DNA from: Candidatus Bathyarchaeota archaeon
GTDB taxonomy: Archaea > Thermoproteota > Bathyarchaeia > Bathyarchaeales > Bathycorpusculaceae
Length of the DNA stretch: 64,000 bases
Assembly: GCA_963811105.1 (NCBI GenBank)
Contig: CAWEPZ010000011.1
Span: 160,001-224,000, forward strand
Direction: 5' to 3'
The notes below the pieces were generated by a model. The model searched no databases and was not told where the DNA came from. It saw only the letters and a list, made by a program, of their open reading frames with translations. Position numbers and translations under genes: made by a program. Below, one piece after another: positions 1 through 9,816 of the stretch (its first letter is position 1; each line of letters begins with the position of its first letter).

Positions 1-399
1 TATATAGTCCGTTGCTAGCATGAAGATTGATGCTCCTATCCATGTGGATAGAATAGGCGGTATGAACGATGCGATGCTTTTTCCGAGGAGAATCTCGCCA
101 TCCGTTGTCGGGGTTGCAAGCAACGGTTCCAATGTCTTTTCAACTTTTTCACCCACTATGCTGTACGCTGCAATCGTACTGGGGAGAACAGTTGCTAAAA
201 CAACGAAGATGTAAATGATTGATTCGGCACCTATCGATATTGTAGTGGGGATCCCAGAGGCTATTTGGTCCTTGACGACGATTGAGAAAACAATTGCGAT
301 GAGAAGGGGAAGCCCAACAGTATAGAAGATTATGCTTCTCTTTCTGCTGATTACCTTCAGCTCTTTACGCGCTATCTTCCATGGCATCCAGGTAGTCAT
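1..399 (-). CDS. ABC-2 type transporter permease (5' part; runs off the window)
   Basis: Read manually on the minus strand: MTTWMPWKIARKELKVISRKRSIIFYTVGLPLLIAIVF. The 'IARKE' start followed by TM helices is typical of ABC-2 permeases. Its ATG overlaps the upstream ATPase stop (ATGA). Confidence 0.85.
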   Translation of the reverse strand, partial: MTTWMPWKIARKELKVISRKRSIIFYTVGLPLLIAIVFSIVVKDQIASGIPTTISIGAESIIYIFVVLATVLPSTIAAYSIVGEKVEKTLEPLLATPTTDGEILLGKSIASFIPPILSTWIGASIFMLATDYI

Positions 400-1322
400 T
401 GTATGTTCTCCTTAACTAGTTTCAGGTAAGCTTCTTCTAGCGAGCTGCTAGTCACTGTCACTGTCTCGATGCGTCCTCCCACTGCTACGATTGCGTTTAT
501 CATGTCAGGATTCTCCTCTTCCGGATTCTCGCTGTCAATCGTCAGCTGGTTGCCCTCTCTGACCACGTTCTTGACCTGTAGCTTCTTTAGCGAATCAAGA
601 ATCGCTTCATTCACCTGTCTCAACTGGATCACCGTTTTCCTTCCGTGGATCGACCGTTCGAGTTCTTCAGGGGTGCCTACTGCCGTCAGCCGGGTATTCA
701 AGATGCCAATTCTATCGCAGATTCTCTGTGCTTCGTCGAGATTGTGTGTATTTAGGAAAATTGTTTTTTTCTGCTTTTTCAGGGCAAGAATAAACTCCCT
801 AACCGTCTTCGCTGATTCAGGATCTAAATTAGCTGTAGGCTCATCCATAAACAGGATTTCAGGATCATGTACCAAAGCACGTGCGATCGCGAGTTTCTGC
901 TTCATACCTTTAGAAAAAGTTCCAGCTAAAGCGTCCTTCTTCTCCCAGAGTCCAAGCAACTTTAGGAAGTACTCGTTGCTCTCTTTCCGCTGAGAGTCAG
1001 TCCTTCTATATAGAGTTCCGTAGTAATCCAAGTTCTCATATGCAGTTAAAGACTCGTAGAGTCCCACGTTATCTGGGACGAGACCGATGATCTTTCTAAT
1101 CTTCAGAGCATTTTCTTCGTTGCCAATCTCATAACCACCAATCCTAGCGCTGCCGCTAGTCTTGGATATAAGGCAGCAAAGCATTCTCACCGTCGTAGTC
1201 TTTCCTGCGCCGTTAGGTCCGAGTAGGCCAAAGACTTCACCTTCATCTACGCGAAGGGTTAGATTATCAACCGCAGCTAAGCTACCGAACTTTCTCGTAA
1301 GTCTCTCGGTCTCAATCATCAT
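396..1322 (-). CDS. ABC transporter ATP-binding protein (DrrA/CcmA-like multidrug exporter type)
   Basis: Walker A GPNGAGKTT, signature FSKGMKQK, Walker B ILFMDEP, H-loop NTH. Confidence 0.95.
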   Translation of the reverse strand: MMIETERLTRKFGSLAAVDNLTLRVDEGEVFGLLGPNGAGKTTTVRMLCCLISKTSGSARIGGYEIGNEENALKIRKIIGLVPDNVGLYESLTAYENLDYYGTLYRRTDSQRKESNEYFLKLLGLWEKKDALAGTFSKGMKQKLAIARALVHDPEILFMDEPTANLDPESAKTVREFILALKKQKKTIFLNTHNLDEAQRICDRIGILNTRLTAVGTPEELERSIHGRKTVIQLRQVNEAILDSLKKLQVKNVVREGNQLTIDSENPEEENPDMINAIVAVGGRIETVTVTSSSLEEAYLKLVKENIQ

Positions 1323-1751
1323 TTCAATCCGTCACGATTAAGCTTCAATTCTTCTATTAAGAAGCACTCAATCACGTTGGACTAATCTAAACCAATGATT
1401 AAGGCTAATAGCTTTTCCTCAAAGAAAAAAAATATAATATTGATGTTATTAAAAATTTGAGAAAAAGAGGGGTTTGGGACAAAAGTCCTTTGAGCTGTTT
1501 TCTTCATTCACCCTTTGATTGACTGTTAGGTGAAGGAAGATATTTTTTTGCAATCTAGAATCACCCGAAAAAAGACTATGATAACCTTATAACTAGCTTT
1601 GTGCAGTGGAAATAATCTCGGGCACAGAAACGAGTCATGGTTTGTGCCGATATACCCATTGCGCACTCCTCCGACAGATTAGCCCTTAACATCTGCATTA
1701 ACGATTCTTTAAAATAGCAGTTTCAATAACAATAAATTAGGTGTCGTTTTC

Positions 1752-2702
1752 ATGAGCCTTTATTCCTTTGAGGGTACATTGAAACCTCTTGCCCCTTTTG
1801 ACTTTTCCAAATCTCTCGAATTCCTATCTGATTTCAGTCCAACGAAAAATGAACAAGATGTAAAAATCGGATCTTTCACAAAAGCCGTCCAAGCAAAAGG
1901 CAAAACAATCGCATTTGAAGTAACCGACAAGGGAACCATTGAAAACCCAAAGCTACAATTCACAGCATACTCAGAAGCAAAGTTCACTGACGAAGTCAAA
2001 GATATGGTTACTGACCGGATAAGCTTCTTTCTAAGTCTCCAAGATAACCTAAAAGAATTCTATGAATTAGCAAGAAAAGACGAGTGCTTACATCCTGCAA
2101 TCAAGCAGTTTTATGGTCACAAACAAGTAAAGTTCTTGACGCCTTTTGAAATTGCATGCTGGGCAGTTCTAAACCAAAGAATACCTATGAATGTGGCTCG
2201 CAAAATGAAAGAAAATATTGTCAAGAATGTGGGCGGTAAAATTAAAGTCAAAGGAGTTGAATATTATTCTTTTCCTGAGCCGTCTCATCTGGTGGCTGCA
2301 TCTTCCGAGTTGCCTGAGATGGTGCCAAATAAGAGAAAAGTAGAGTACATATCATCTGTGGCGGAAGCGTTCTGCACAGTTGATGAAAAATGGCTTAGAG
2401 AGGCGTCATATGATGAGGTTCATGATTGGTTAACGGATATCAAGGGTATTGGAGATTGGTCAGCTAACTTTGTGATGATACGGGGATTGGGAAGAATGGA
2501 GGAACTGTCAAGCGTAGAACCGCGGCTTGTTTTAGATGTCGCCAAGATTTATGCCGGTAAAGATAAACAAATGAACAAAGAAGAGGTGTGCCAGATAGCC
2601 GAGAAATACGGTAAATGGAAAGGGTATTGGGCCTATTACGTCAGAATATATGCAGAATTCGCATATGTTTTTGATAGGGGAAAAATGCTTTTAATGAAGT
2701 GA
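1752..2702 (+). CDS. alkA: DNA-3-methyladenine glycosylase II, AlkA/HhH-GPD family
   Basis: TPFEIACWAVLNQ, FPEP, HhH motif LTDIKGIGDWSA, and C-terminal W-x-G-Y-W. Confidence 0.85.
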   Translation: MSLYSFEGTLKPLAPFDFSKSLEFLSDFSPTKNEQDVKIGSFTKAVQAKGKTIAFEVTDKGTIENPKLQFTAYSEAKFTDEVKDMVTDRISFFLSLQDNLKEFYELARKDECLHPAIKQFYGHKQVKFLTPFEIACWAVLNQRIPMNVARKMKENIVKNVGGKIKVKGVEYYSFPEPSHLVAASSELPEMVPNKRKVEYISSVAEAFCTVDEKWLREASYDEVHDWLTDIKGIGDWSANFVMIRGLGRMEELSSVEPRLVLDVAKIYAGKDKQMNKEEVCQIAEKYGKWKGYWAYYVRIYAEFAYVFDRGKMLLMK

Positions 2703-2763
2703 ATCGAAAAAGGTGCCAGACGAAGTTCGCAAACTCACCCATGCTATATTGACTACCAGTTCT

Positions 2764-2840
2764 GTTGTTTCGCAAATAAATCAGGAACATTTCAAGTGTT
2801 TATGCCCGTAAATGGGAGTTTGAATCCCTTCCCAACACCA
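2764..2840 (+). pseudogene. Degenerate tRNA-like remnant (resembles the 3' half of tRNA-Leu)
   Basis: T-arm-like GGGA-GTTTGAA-TCCC, terminal ACCA and a TTCAAG anticodon-like segment. The acceptor stem and D arm do not pair. Confidence 0.25.
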
Positions 2841-2905
2841 ATAAATTTCTAGTCGAAGAAAACTGTCTTCAAAAAAGAGCAAAAAACAAGCCGTCATCTA
2901 ATACT

Positions 2906-3358
2906 TTGAATTACTTATTGAACAATCTTTATTATAAAGAGTTAAATTCGCTTCCAGATAATCGTAACTTGGTTAGTGAATTGGAGAAATCGTTTTTGAT
3001 ATTGGAGCAGAAAGTCATTTCCTACTTGTGCACCTATGGAAACACTAAGGAAACCGATCTAATCACCTACGGTGTGCAAAAACTGGGCATATCTAAAGAA
3101 GGCATGGTAAAGCTTATTGATGAAATGGTATTCACTGGCAGAATCGAGCGAATCTTACATAAAGAAATTGAGCCTGCGGTAACCTACGTAAAACAAGGAA
3201 GCCCGTTTCCGCTTGAACTTAAACTGCACGCTATATCTGATTCGTTGGAATTAAGTGAAGCAACTAATCAACAAATTGAAAAGCTAAAGGAAATCCTTGA
3301 TAAAGCAGAAGCTATTGCGAAAAAGAGAATGAAAAGAAAAACAAACTCCATAGATTAA
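2906..3358 (+). CDS. Hypothetical protein, possibly a winged-helix domain; true start probably ~2980
   Basis: Open ORF with a helix-helix-helix-wing-like pattern (KVISYL...TKETDLI...LGISKEGMVKLIDEM...GRIER). Confidence 0.55.
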   Translation: MNYLLNNLYYKELNSLPDNRNLVSELEKSFLILEQKVISYLCTYGNTKETDLITYGVQKLGISKEGMVKLIDEMVFTGRIERILHKEIEPAVTYVKQGSPFPLELKLHAISDSLELSEATNQQIEKLKEILDKAEAIAKKRMKRKTNSID

Positions 3359-4090
3359 TCATCGCACGCTCAAGAAACCGAGTTCTAATACGATGTGTTA
3401 TGAAGTAAATAGTTTATTGCTGAAGAAAAACAGACAAAACCTAGGAAACAAAAGAAAAGAACTTGATTCCAAAGTCTAATAATGAGAGGCATAAGCTCAA
3501 ACTCCCAAATCATGTAGTTTTTAATCAAAATAGGGAATCAAGACAATAGAGCTATTGAGCATCATGAAGAGCGTGTTACCGTTAGACTTTTGACTCTCTA
3601 TGGGTCTGACGGGTTTACCCCAAATGGATATGAACCGCTCGTTGAAAAAACGTGCTCCGGTCAGAAAAGGACTCTACTACAAATCTGAGGATTGGAGCCT
3701 GATTTAATGTGGGATTCCCTTCCGTGTTAGGTTTTAGTGAAGTTGTTTGCATATGAACTACCTCGAACCTTCTGGTTGCTAAATTGGCTTAGAAAGAAAG
3801 GCTCAAGCGCTATTTTAAACAAAGCATACGCTTGCCGATGAGGTGGGGTTATTTGAACCTATGAAGAAATGGAGATATCTACCGCAAATCCCCTTTTTCT
3901 TTTTCTTGGGATAATCTTTAATTTTGGATTGTTCAAACGTTCGTAGAAGTTTGAATTTCTTGTTGGTAAGACATATGGAAGCGAATGCGCCAATGAGATG
4001 TACGTGTTCACTTTTTCATTAATTTAGAAACATCCAAGGCGAACTTGTCCATTGATGCAAGTAGAGAATTGATTCTGTTTCTAATCTTAG

Positions 4091-5257
4091 CTAGCTTGAG
4101 TCAGTCAGATTAGGAGGAAATTCAGGTTTAAAAATTGAAGACCACTGTGCATCTCTAAAGTCATCAAGCCATCCTGCATCTTCATCTAACTGACACTTGA
4201 ACATGACGCCCAAGTTCTCCCTGTCCTTGGCTTCATGATACTTAAAGTAAATCTCCCTGTCCATTATACCAAGTATCTCTAACTTGCCGGTTACATGCGA
4301 CATTATATACTTGAAGCGTTTGCTAAGCCCATTACAACTTGCTTTTGCTTTTTCAACTATCCTGGATCCTTCGCACAGTGGAACTTGGAATTGATGCTTA
4401 ACCCTCTTGACAGGACGGCACTGAAAAAGGTAGTAGGGCACCACGCCAACACCGACGAGTTTATTCATTAAGGTTGCAATCGTGCTGGGATTATCGTTAA
4501 CTCCGCGTAGCAGAACAGTCTGATTGCTAACCAGAACGCCAGCCTCAAGCAAATTGTTCACAGCACCAATGGACTGTGGAGTTATTTCCCGAGGGTGATT
4601 AAAATGTGTCACAACATGCAACCTCTTATCACTCTTTGAATACTTCCTTAAGATAGCCAGAAGCTTAGAATCAGAAAGCCTCGCAGGAAGAGTAACAGGA
4701 ACCCTGCTTCCGATTCTAATGAATCGAACATGTTTTATTCTATCCAAAACTTCAAGGAACCTCTTGATAATTTCACTATCAAGCACAAGCGGGTCTCCGC
4801 CGCTGATTAGAACATTGTTTATTTCTTGATGTTCTGCAACATAAGCTGCAGCATCCTCAAAACGCCGCAGCGTTTCTTCATTTGGCAACCCAACTAGGCG
4901 TTTCCTAAAACAGTGTCTGCAATACATAGCGCACTGGTTGGTAGCTAAAATCAAAGCTGTCTCTGAATACTTGTGCTGCAGCCCGGGAACCACCGTGTTT
5001 TCTGTTTCTCCACTTGTGTCATAGATCCCTTCAAGGCTTAGCTCTTCAACAGAAGGCACAGCCATTTTTCTTATCGGATCATCAGGGTCATTCCAGTCAA
5101 TAAGCGACATATAATAAGGGCTGATCCGCATAGGATGCACTTTAATTATTTTTTCCAGCATCCTCGCTTCATCAGAAGCAAGGCCTACATATTTCTTGAG
5201 ATGCTTCACACTGGAGATGCTTTTTTCTAATTCTTTAAACTCTGGCATGCAGACCAA
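4091..5257 (-). CDS. KamA-family radical SAM/PLP amino acid 2,3-aminomutase-like protein
   Basis: CAMYCRHCFRKR, LISGGDPL, RIGSRVP, THFNHPREIT, NQTVLLRGVND, PYYLFQC. Confidence 0.92.
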   Translation of the reverse strand: MVCMPEFKELEKSISSVKHLKKYVGLASDEARMLEKIIKVHPMRISPYYMSLIDWNDPDDPIRKMAVPSVEELSLEGIYDTSGETENTVVPGLQHKYSETALILATNQCAMYCRHCFRKRLVGLPNEETLRRFEDAAAYVAEHQEINNVLISGGDPLVLDSEIIKRFLEVLDRIKHVRFIRIGSRVPVTLPARLSDSKLLAILRKYSKSDKRLHVVTHFNHPREITPQSIGAVNNLLEAGVLVSNQTVLLRGVNDNPSTIATLMNKLVGVGVVPYYLFQCRPVKRVKHQFQVPLCEGSRIVEKAKASCNGLSKRFKYIMSHVTGKLEILGIMDREIYFKYHEAKDRENLGVMFKCQLDEDAGWLDDFRDAQWSSIFKPEFPPNLTDSS

Positions 5258-5824
5258 ACTTCCCTTTTGTTAACCAACGAGGTTTACTTCTTAACGGAAC
5301 TGAACGGATATACATTAGAATTCGAGAATATTGATTTCGTTTTGTTGTGCATAGTTCAATTGCTTCTAGCTTAGTTTCATTTTCCTTCAACCTGCACATG
5401 TGCCTTATCTTCGACCTTGTGAGTGAGTAGGTACCAAGCGATCCCACCATAGTAGCGATTATTCTTCAGATTCTGATTATTCATTATAGACGCTCTCCAA
5501 CAGTGAGATTCTTAACGCTTCGAAATTCCAATTCTGACTTCACCCAAAAGTCTCCCCCTAATGCACTCCGTTTTGTTGATTTTAGTTATCTGCTGATAAC
5601 ACTTTAGTTGTATCCTTACTTTTGAAATAAGCTTTTTTGAGAAGTAGAATTTACTAGATTTCCAAAAACGCCATCAATTAGCAAAGGCCAGTTCGCTAAA
5701 TTAGCAAAATCTTGTGCGCTCAACTTTCAGCGAGTGCTTTTTTTTAAGCGCACGCATTGGTATGTAGGACGAAGCACCAATCAGATGTAAATGTCACCCA
5801 CACGCCCCTTTTTTCTGAATTGAA

Positions 5825-5838
5825 TCTCTACCATATAG
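5825..5838 (+). repeat. 14-bp direct repeat TCTCTACCATATAG, copy 1
   Basis: Identical to 10225-10238. Confidence 0.6.
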
Positions 5839-5972
5839 TGAGGGTAATGTGAATAATGTTTTGACTAATATTTCTAGGTCTCACCTGCTTCAGCGTACTC
5901 ATCAAAACGGTTGGATTTTTCTGAGAATCTTTATATTGACTCAAAGATTTCGGCTATGCTAAGAAGACCATA

Positions 5973-7808
5973 ATGAGCATAGCAAAACCCCTGCTGGATT
6001 ATGCCAAGTCGCTTAAACCACAAAAGGGTTTTAGGCAGTCAATTTCGGCTTTCCAGAGGCTGATGAAATATCACAAGCGGTATTATTGGTTCATAGTGGC
6101 TATAGTCATCCTCGCCTTGGGGAGAGCGATCCTATTCGCGATAGAACCGTTGTATACTACATACATCATAAACTATGTCATCGGGCCTCCGACTAACATC
6201 AGCCTTTTGCAGGGTTACCTTCTAGTCATCATCACAGCTGGAGTAGGCTTTGCAATAACAAACTTTGTCTTGACATTCTTGCACGGCGTAATGTCTCAGT
6301 ACATCGTGCGAGATTTAAGAACAGACTATTATCGTTCGCTACAGGGCAAATCCTTTAGTTTCTACGATTCAGTAAGCGTTGGCGATCTAACGTCAAGAGC
6401 AACGGTAGACCTGCAGTTAGTGGACGCATTCCTGAGAACATGGCTAGGCACTTTTCTAAACGCTGTTTTCTTAACGATAGTAATCATCGCGATAATCCTT
6501 CCCATAAGCCCAATCTTGACCCTGATTTCGTTAGCTACGATGCCGCTGATCTTCTATTTCACGACACGCCTCTGGGTGGAAACAATGCCCCTCTTTAGAA
6601 ACATGCAGCTAATTATAGGAAGACTGGGATCTTACATATACCAAAACATTGTAGGGATGAAAACTGTCAGGATATTTCATCGAGAAAAGCAGATTGTCGA
6701 CGGATTTAAAGACGTTGAGAACATCTACGTGAAAACTGCTATCAAAGCAGGCAAGATACAATCAATTTTCATGCCTCTTGGTCCAGCGATACTCACACTC
6801 GGAATAGCCCTAGTCTACGTCTATTCTGGATATTCGATAAGCATTCCAGGCTCTGCTTTGACAGTTGGAGACATAATTCTGTTTGCCAGATACATGATGA
6901 GACTGACTTTTCCGATAAGAGATCTGAGTCAGACATTAGGAACATGGGTGACTGCCTACGCCGGTCTTGAAAGAGTCCTGCAAATAACCGACGCACCAAG
7001 AAACGTCGAAGACCTGCCTGACGCCAAAGACCTCAGAATAGAAAAAGGAAAACTTGAACTCGAAAATGTGACTTTTGGATACGTGAAAGACAGACCTGTG
7101 CTAAGAAACATAACCTTCACGGTGGAGCCAGGCGAAAGAGTAGCCATACTCGGGGCAACAGGATCTGGGAAGAGTTCTCTGATCTATCTAATCCCGAGAT
7201 TCTATGATATCCAAGAGGGTAGCATAAAAATCGATGATATAGATATACGCCAAATCAAACTCAGTTCTCTTAGGCGGCAGATAGGCGTAGTGTTGCAGGA
7301 CGTTTTCTTGTTTTCAGGAACGATTAAGGAGAATATTGCTTTCGGTAAGCCTAACGCAACGATGGACGAAGTAGTGAAGGCTGCCAAGGCTGCTCGAATG
7401 CATGATTTCATTGAATCACTCCCATGTGGATATGAAACGCCCGTAGGTGAGAGAGGAATCACACTTTCTGGAGGTCAAAAACAGAGAATAACTATAGCGC
7501 GGGCGCTTGTAACAGATCCAAGAATTCTGATAATGGATGATTCCTTGTCTTTTGTAGACGCTAGGACTGAGCAAGAAATACAATCTGCGATTGAAGAAGC
7601 AACGAAGACGAGGACGACACTCGTAATTGCGCAACGATTTTCAACGATAAAAACAGCTGAAAAGATAATAGTTCTTGAGAACGGTTCGATAGCTGAATTC
7701 GGGTCTCATGAGGAACTAATAGCAAAGAATGGCCTCTACAAGAAGGTCTACGAAACACAGTTCATTCAAAAAGATTCATCGATTCCGGAGGAAAGAGGTG
7801 GTTCATAG
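5973..7808 (+). CDS. ABC exporter, fused permease/ATP-binding subunit (heterodimeric MdlA/TM287-like)
   Basis: N-terminal TM domain, GATGSGKSS, LSGGQKQR, degenerate Walker B ILIMDD and a Q in the switch position (IAQR). Confidence 0.95.
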   Translation: MSIAKPLLDYAKSLKPQKGFRQSISAFQRLMKYHKRYYWFIVAIVILALGRAILFAIEPLYTTYIINYVIGPPTNISLLQGYLLVIITAGVGFAITNFVLTFLHGVMSQYIVRDLRTDYYRSLQGKSFSFYDSVSVGDLTSRATVDLQLVDAFLRTWLGTFLNAVFLTIVIIAIILPISPILTLISLATMPLIFYFTTRLWVETMPLFRNMQLIIGRLGSYIYQNIVGMKTVRIFHREKQIVDGFKDVENIYVKTAIKAGKIQSIFMPLGPAILTLGIALVYVYSGYSISIPGSALTVGDIILFARYMMRLTFPIRDLSQTLGTWVTAYAGLERVLQITDAPRNVEDLPDAKDLRIEKGKLELENVTFGYVKDRPVLRNITFTVEPGERVAILGATGSGKSSLIYLIPRFYDIQEGSIKIDDIDIRQIKLSSLRRQIGVVLQDVFLFSGTIKENIAFGKPNATMDEVVKAAKAARMHDFIESLPCGYETPVGERGITLSGGQKQRITIARALVTDPRILIMDDSLSFVDARTEQEIQSAIEEATKTRTTLVIAQRFSTIKTAEKIIVLENGSIAEFGSHEELIAKNGLYKKVYETQFIQKDSSIPEERGGS

Positions 7809-8884
7809 TGTCAGGTTCATACGGAACATTCTCCACAAAACAGGAAGAAGAAGGAAAAAGAACTGTTTCTGACCGAGTTCTGATAAGAAGAGTCTACGAC
7901 TATGCTAAGGCTAACAAACGGAACTTGACGATCGGTATTACGGCAACCGTAGCTGGCGCCTTCACAGGTCTTGCGGCACCCTATATGCATGCGATAGCCA
8001 TCGACCAAATAATTACACCAGCTATTACAAACGCTAAGAACCTCATGGGCTTCCTTTGGTGGATTCCTCTATTCGCTGCAATCATCCTGGGCAACTACGT
8101 GTTCCAATACGTCCAGACCTACCAAATGCGAGTGGTTGGAGAAAATGTAGTTGCAAGAATGAGAGATGACATAATGGAAAAACTACAGGTTGTCTCGCTA
8201 AGGTATTTTTCAGAGGGCGAGGCCGGAAGAATCGTCTCTCGTCCGACGAACGACGCCAACACCGTAAGGATATTTCTAAGATTGGGTCTCACAAGCATTC
8301 TTATTGACATTTCCTCAATTCTCGGTGCTTTCGCCATAATGTTTTACCTTGACCTTCGACTATCACTTCTCGCATTGTCTGTTCTGCCAGTGGCCTTATT
8401 GCTAATATGGTTTCTCGGAAAATACTCAAGAGCTGCATACAGAAGAGTATTAATCACTACTTCGGGACTGACCGCAAGAATGCAGGAAGACTTATCAGGC
8501 ATAAAAGTGATCCAAGCAAATGCCCAAGAGGAGGACGCAGAACAGAAATTCCTGAAGAGCCAGAACGAAAACGTCAAAGCCACTAACAAAGCAATCCTCA
8601 TAGGTTCTTCATATACGCCTTTTGTAATAGGATTGAGGTTAATCGGAACCATGATAATTCTGTTCTACGGAGTCAATGCCTTGCTGAATGGTGTGATCAC
8701 GCTAGGAATTCTTGTGGCCTTCACGGAGTACCAGTTCTCGTATTTTATGCCGCTTGTCGACCTAGTATCTATGTATGATCAGTATCAGTCATGCATGTCT
8801 GCTATTGAGAGAATGTTTGACGTGATAGACACAAAAGTTGAAGTCTTGGATGCATTGCCTGAAAGGAGTGTAGCATTGCCATGA
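7808..8884 (+). CDS. ABC exporter second subunit, transmembrane domain (separated from its NBD by a frameshift)
   Basis: Six-TM ABC membrane domain; coupled to the upstream gene (TAGTG overlap); ends at the linker before the NBD. Confidence 0.85.
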   Translation: MSGSYGTFSTKQEEEGKRTVSDRVLIRRVYDYAKANKRNLTIGITATVAGAFTGLAAPYMHAIAIDQIITPAITNAKNLMGFLWWIPLFAAIILGNYVFQYVQTYQMRVVGENVVARMRDDIMEKLQVVSLRYFSEGEAGRIVSRPTNDANTVRIFLRLGLTSILIDISSILGAFAIMFYLDLRLSLLALSVLPVALLLIWFLGKYSRAAYRRVLITTSGLTARMQEDLSGIKVIQANAQEEDAEQKFLKSQNENVKATNKAILIGSSYTPFVIGLRLIGTMIILFYGVNALLNGVITLGILVAFTEYQFSYFMPLVDLVSMYDQYQSCMSAIERMFDVIDTKVEVLDALPERSVALP

Positions 8885-9633
8885 TCGAAGAAGTCAGATT
8901 TGAGAAAGTCAATTTCGAGTACGAGAAAGGAGTTCCTATTTTGAAAGATATCAATTTTACTCTTAAGCGTAATTTGAAACTTGCAATTGTCGGCCAGACA
9001 GGCGCAGGGAAAAGCACGTTAATCAACCTTCTCGCCAGATTCTATGATCCGACTGAAGGTAGAATACTCATCAATGGACATGACATAAGGGACATCCCGC
9101 TGGAATCATTGAGAGGTCACATGAGCATAGTGCTACAAGATTCGTTTCTCTTTTCAGTTTCCGTAAAAGAAAACATTAGGTTCGGGAAACTTGATGCGTC
9201 AGATCAAGAAATTGTAAATGCTGCAAAATCCATTGGTGCCCACGATTTCATAATGAAGCTTCCTAATGATTACGACTACGTAATACAGGAAGGGTCTTCA
9301 AACATATCTATAGGCCAAAGACAACTTATTAGCTTCGCCAGAACTCTTGTTGCGAATCCGGAAATCTTGGTGCTGGACGAGGCAACTTCCTCAGTCGATG
9401 CCTACACCGAACTAGTGATACAGAGAGCCTTGAAGACATTGATGCGCAACAGAATGACTATAATAATTGCCCACAGGCTTTCAACAATTAGGCTTTGTGA
9501 TGAAATTTTAACCATCGACCATGGGTCAATAGTGGAAAGAGGAACGCATGAACAGCTGATGCGCAGTAATGGATTGTACAGTTCATTTTACAGATTGCAA
9601 TTCAGAGAAGAAGCAGGAACAGGCACATCGTAA
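8881..9633 (+). CDS. ABC exporter second subunit, ATP-binding domain
   Basis: GQTGAGKST, ISIGQRQL, ILVLDEATS, IAHRLST (consensus catalytic site). Confidence 0.9.
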   Translation: MIEEVRFEKVNFEYEKGVPILKDINFTLKRNLKLAIVGQTGAGKSTLINLLARFYDPTEGRILINGHDIRDIPLESLRGHMSIVLQDSFLFSVSVKENIRFGKLDASDQEIVNAAKSIGAHDFIMKLPNDYDYVIQEGSSNISIGQRQLISFARTLVANPEILVLDEATSSVDAYTELVIQRALKTLMRNRMTIIIAHRLSTIRLCDEILTIDHGSIVERGTHEQLMRSNGLYSSFYRLQFREEAGTGTS

Positions 9634-9816
9634 TAGTCCAAGGGCGCATATATGGGAACGAAATAAGCTAAGAGATTTCATCAAAAGATTGAAGAGAATT
9701 CTAGCCGTACTATGAGCTAATACTGCAGAAGAAACATACATTGGAAACTCTGATCAAATGACAACTAGAGGAATCTAAAAATCTCGAGTCATTAGAAAAA
9801 TGCGCGATTTAAATAG

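Noticed and set aside
20-214. Plus-strand 64-aa ORF, as an example of the many short antisense ORFs in the track (e.g. 469-993, 54464-55108)
   Set aside because: They lie antisense to, or out of frame within, well-supported genes and have no recognisable motifs.
2785-2801. GAACA-TTTCAAG-TGTTT could be read as an anticodon arm with UCA (tRNA-Sec)
   Set aside because: There is no acceptor stem or D arm, and the variable and T arms compete for the same G residues. FwdB in this window uses Cys, not Sec.
3835-3865. GGTTCAAAT (minus strand) T-loop-like motif
   Set aside because: No T-stem pairing or cloverleaf around it.
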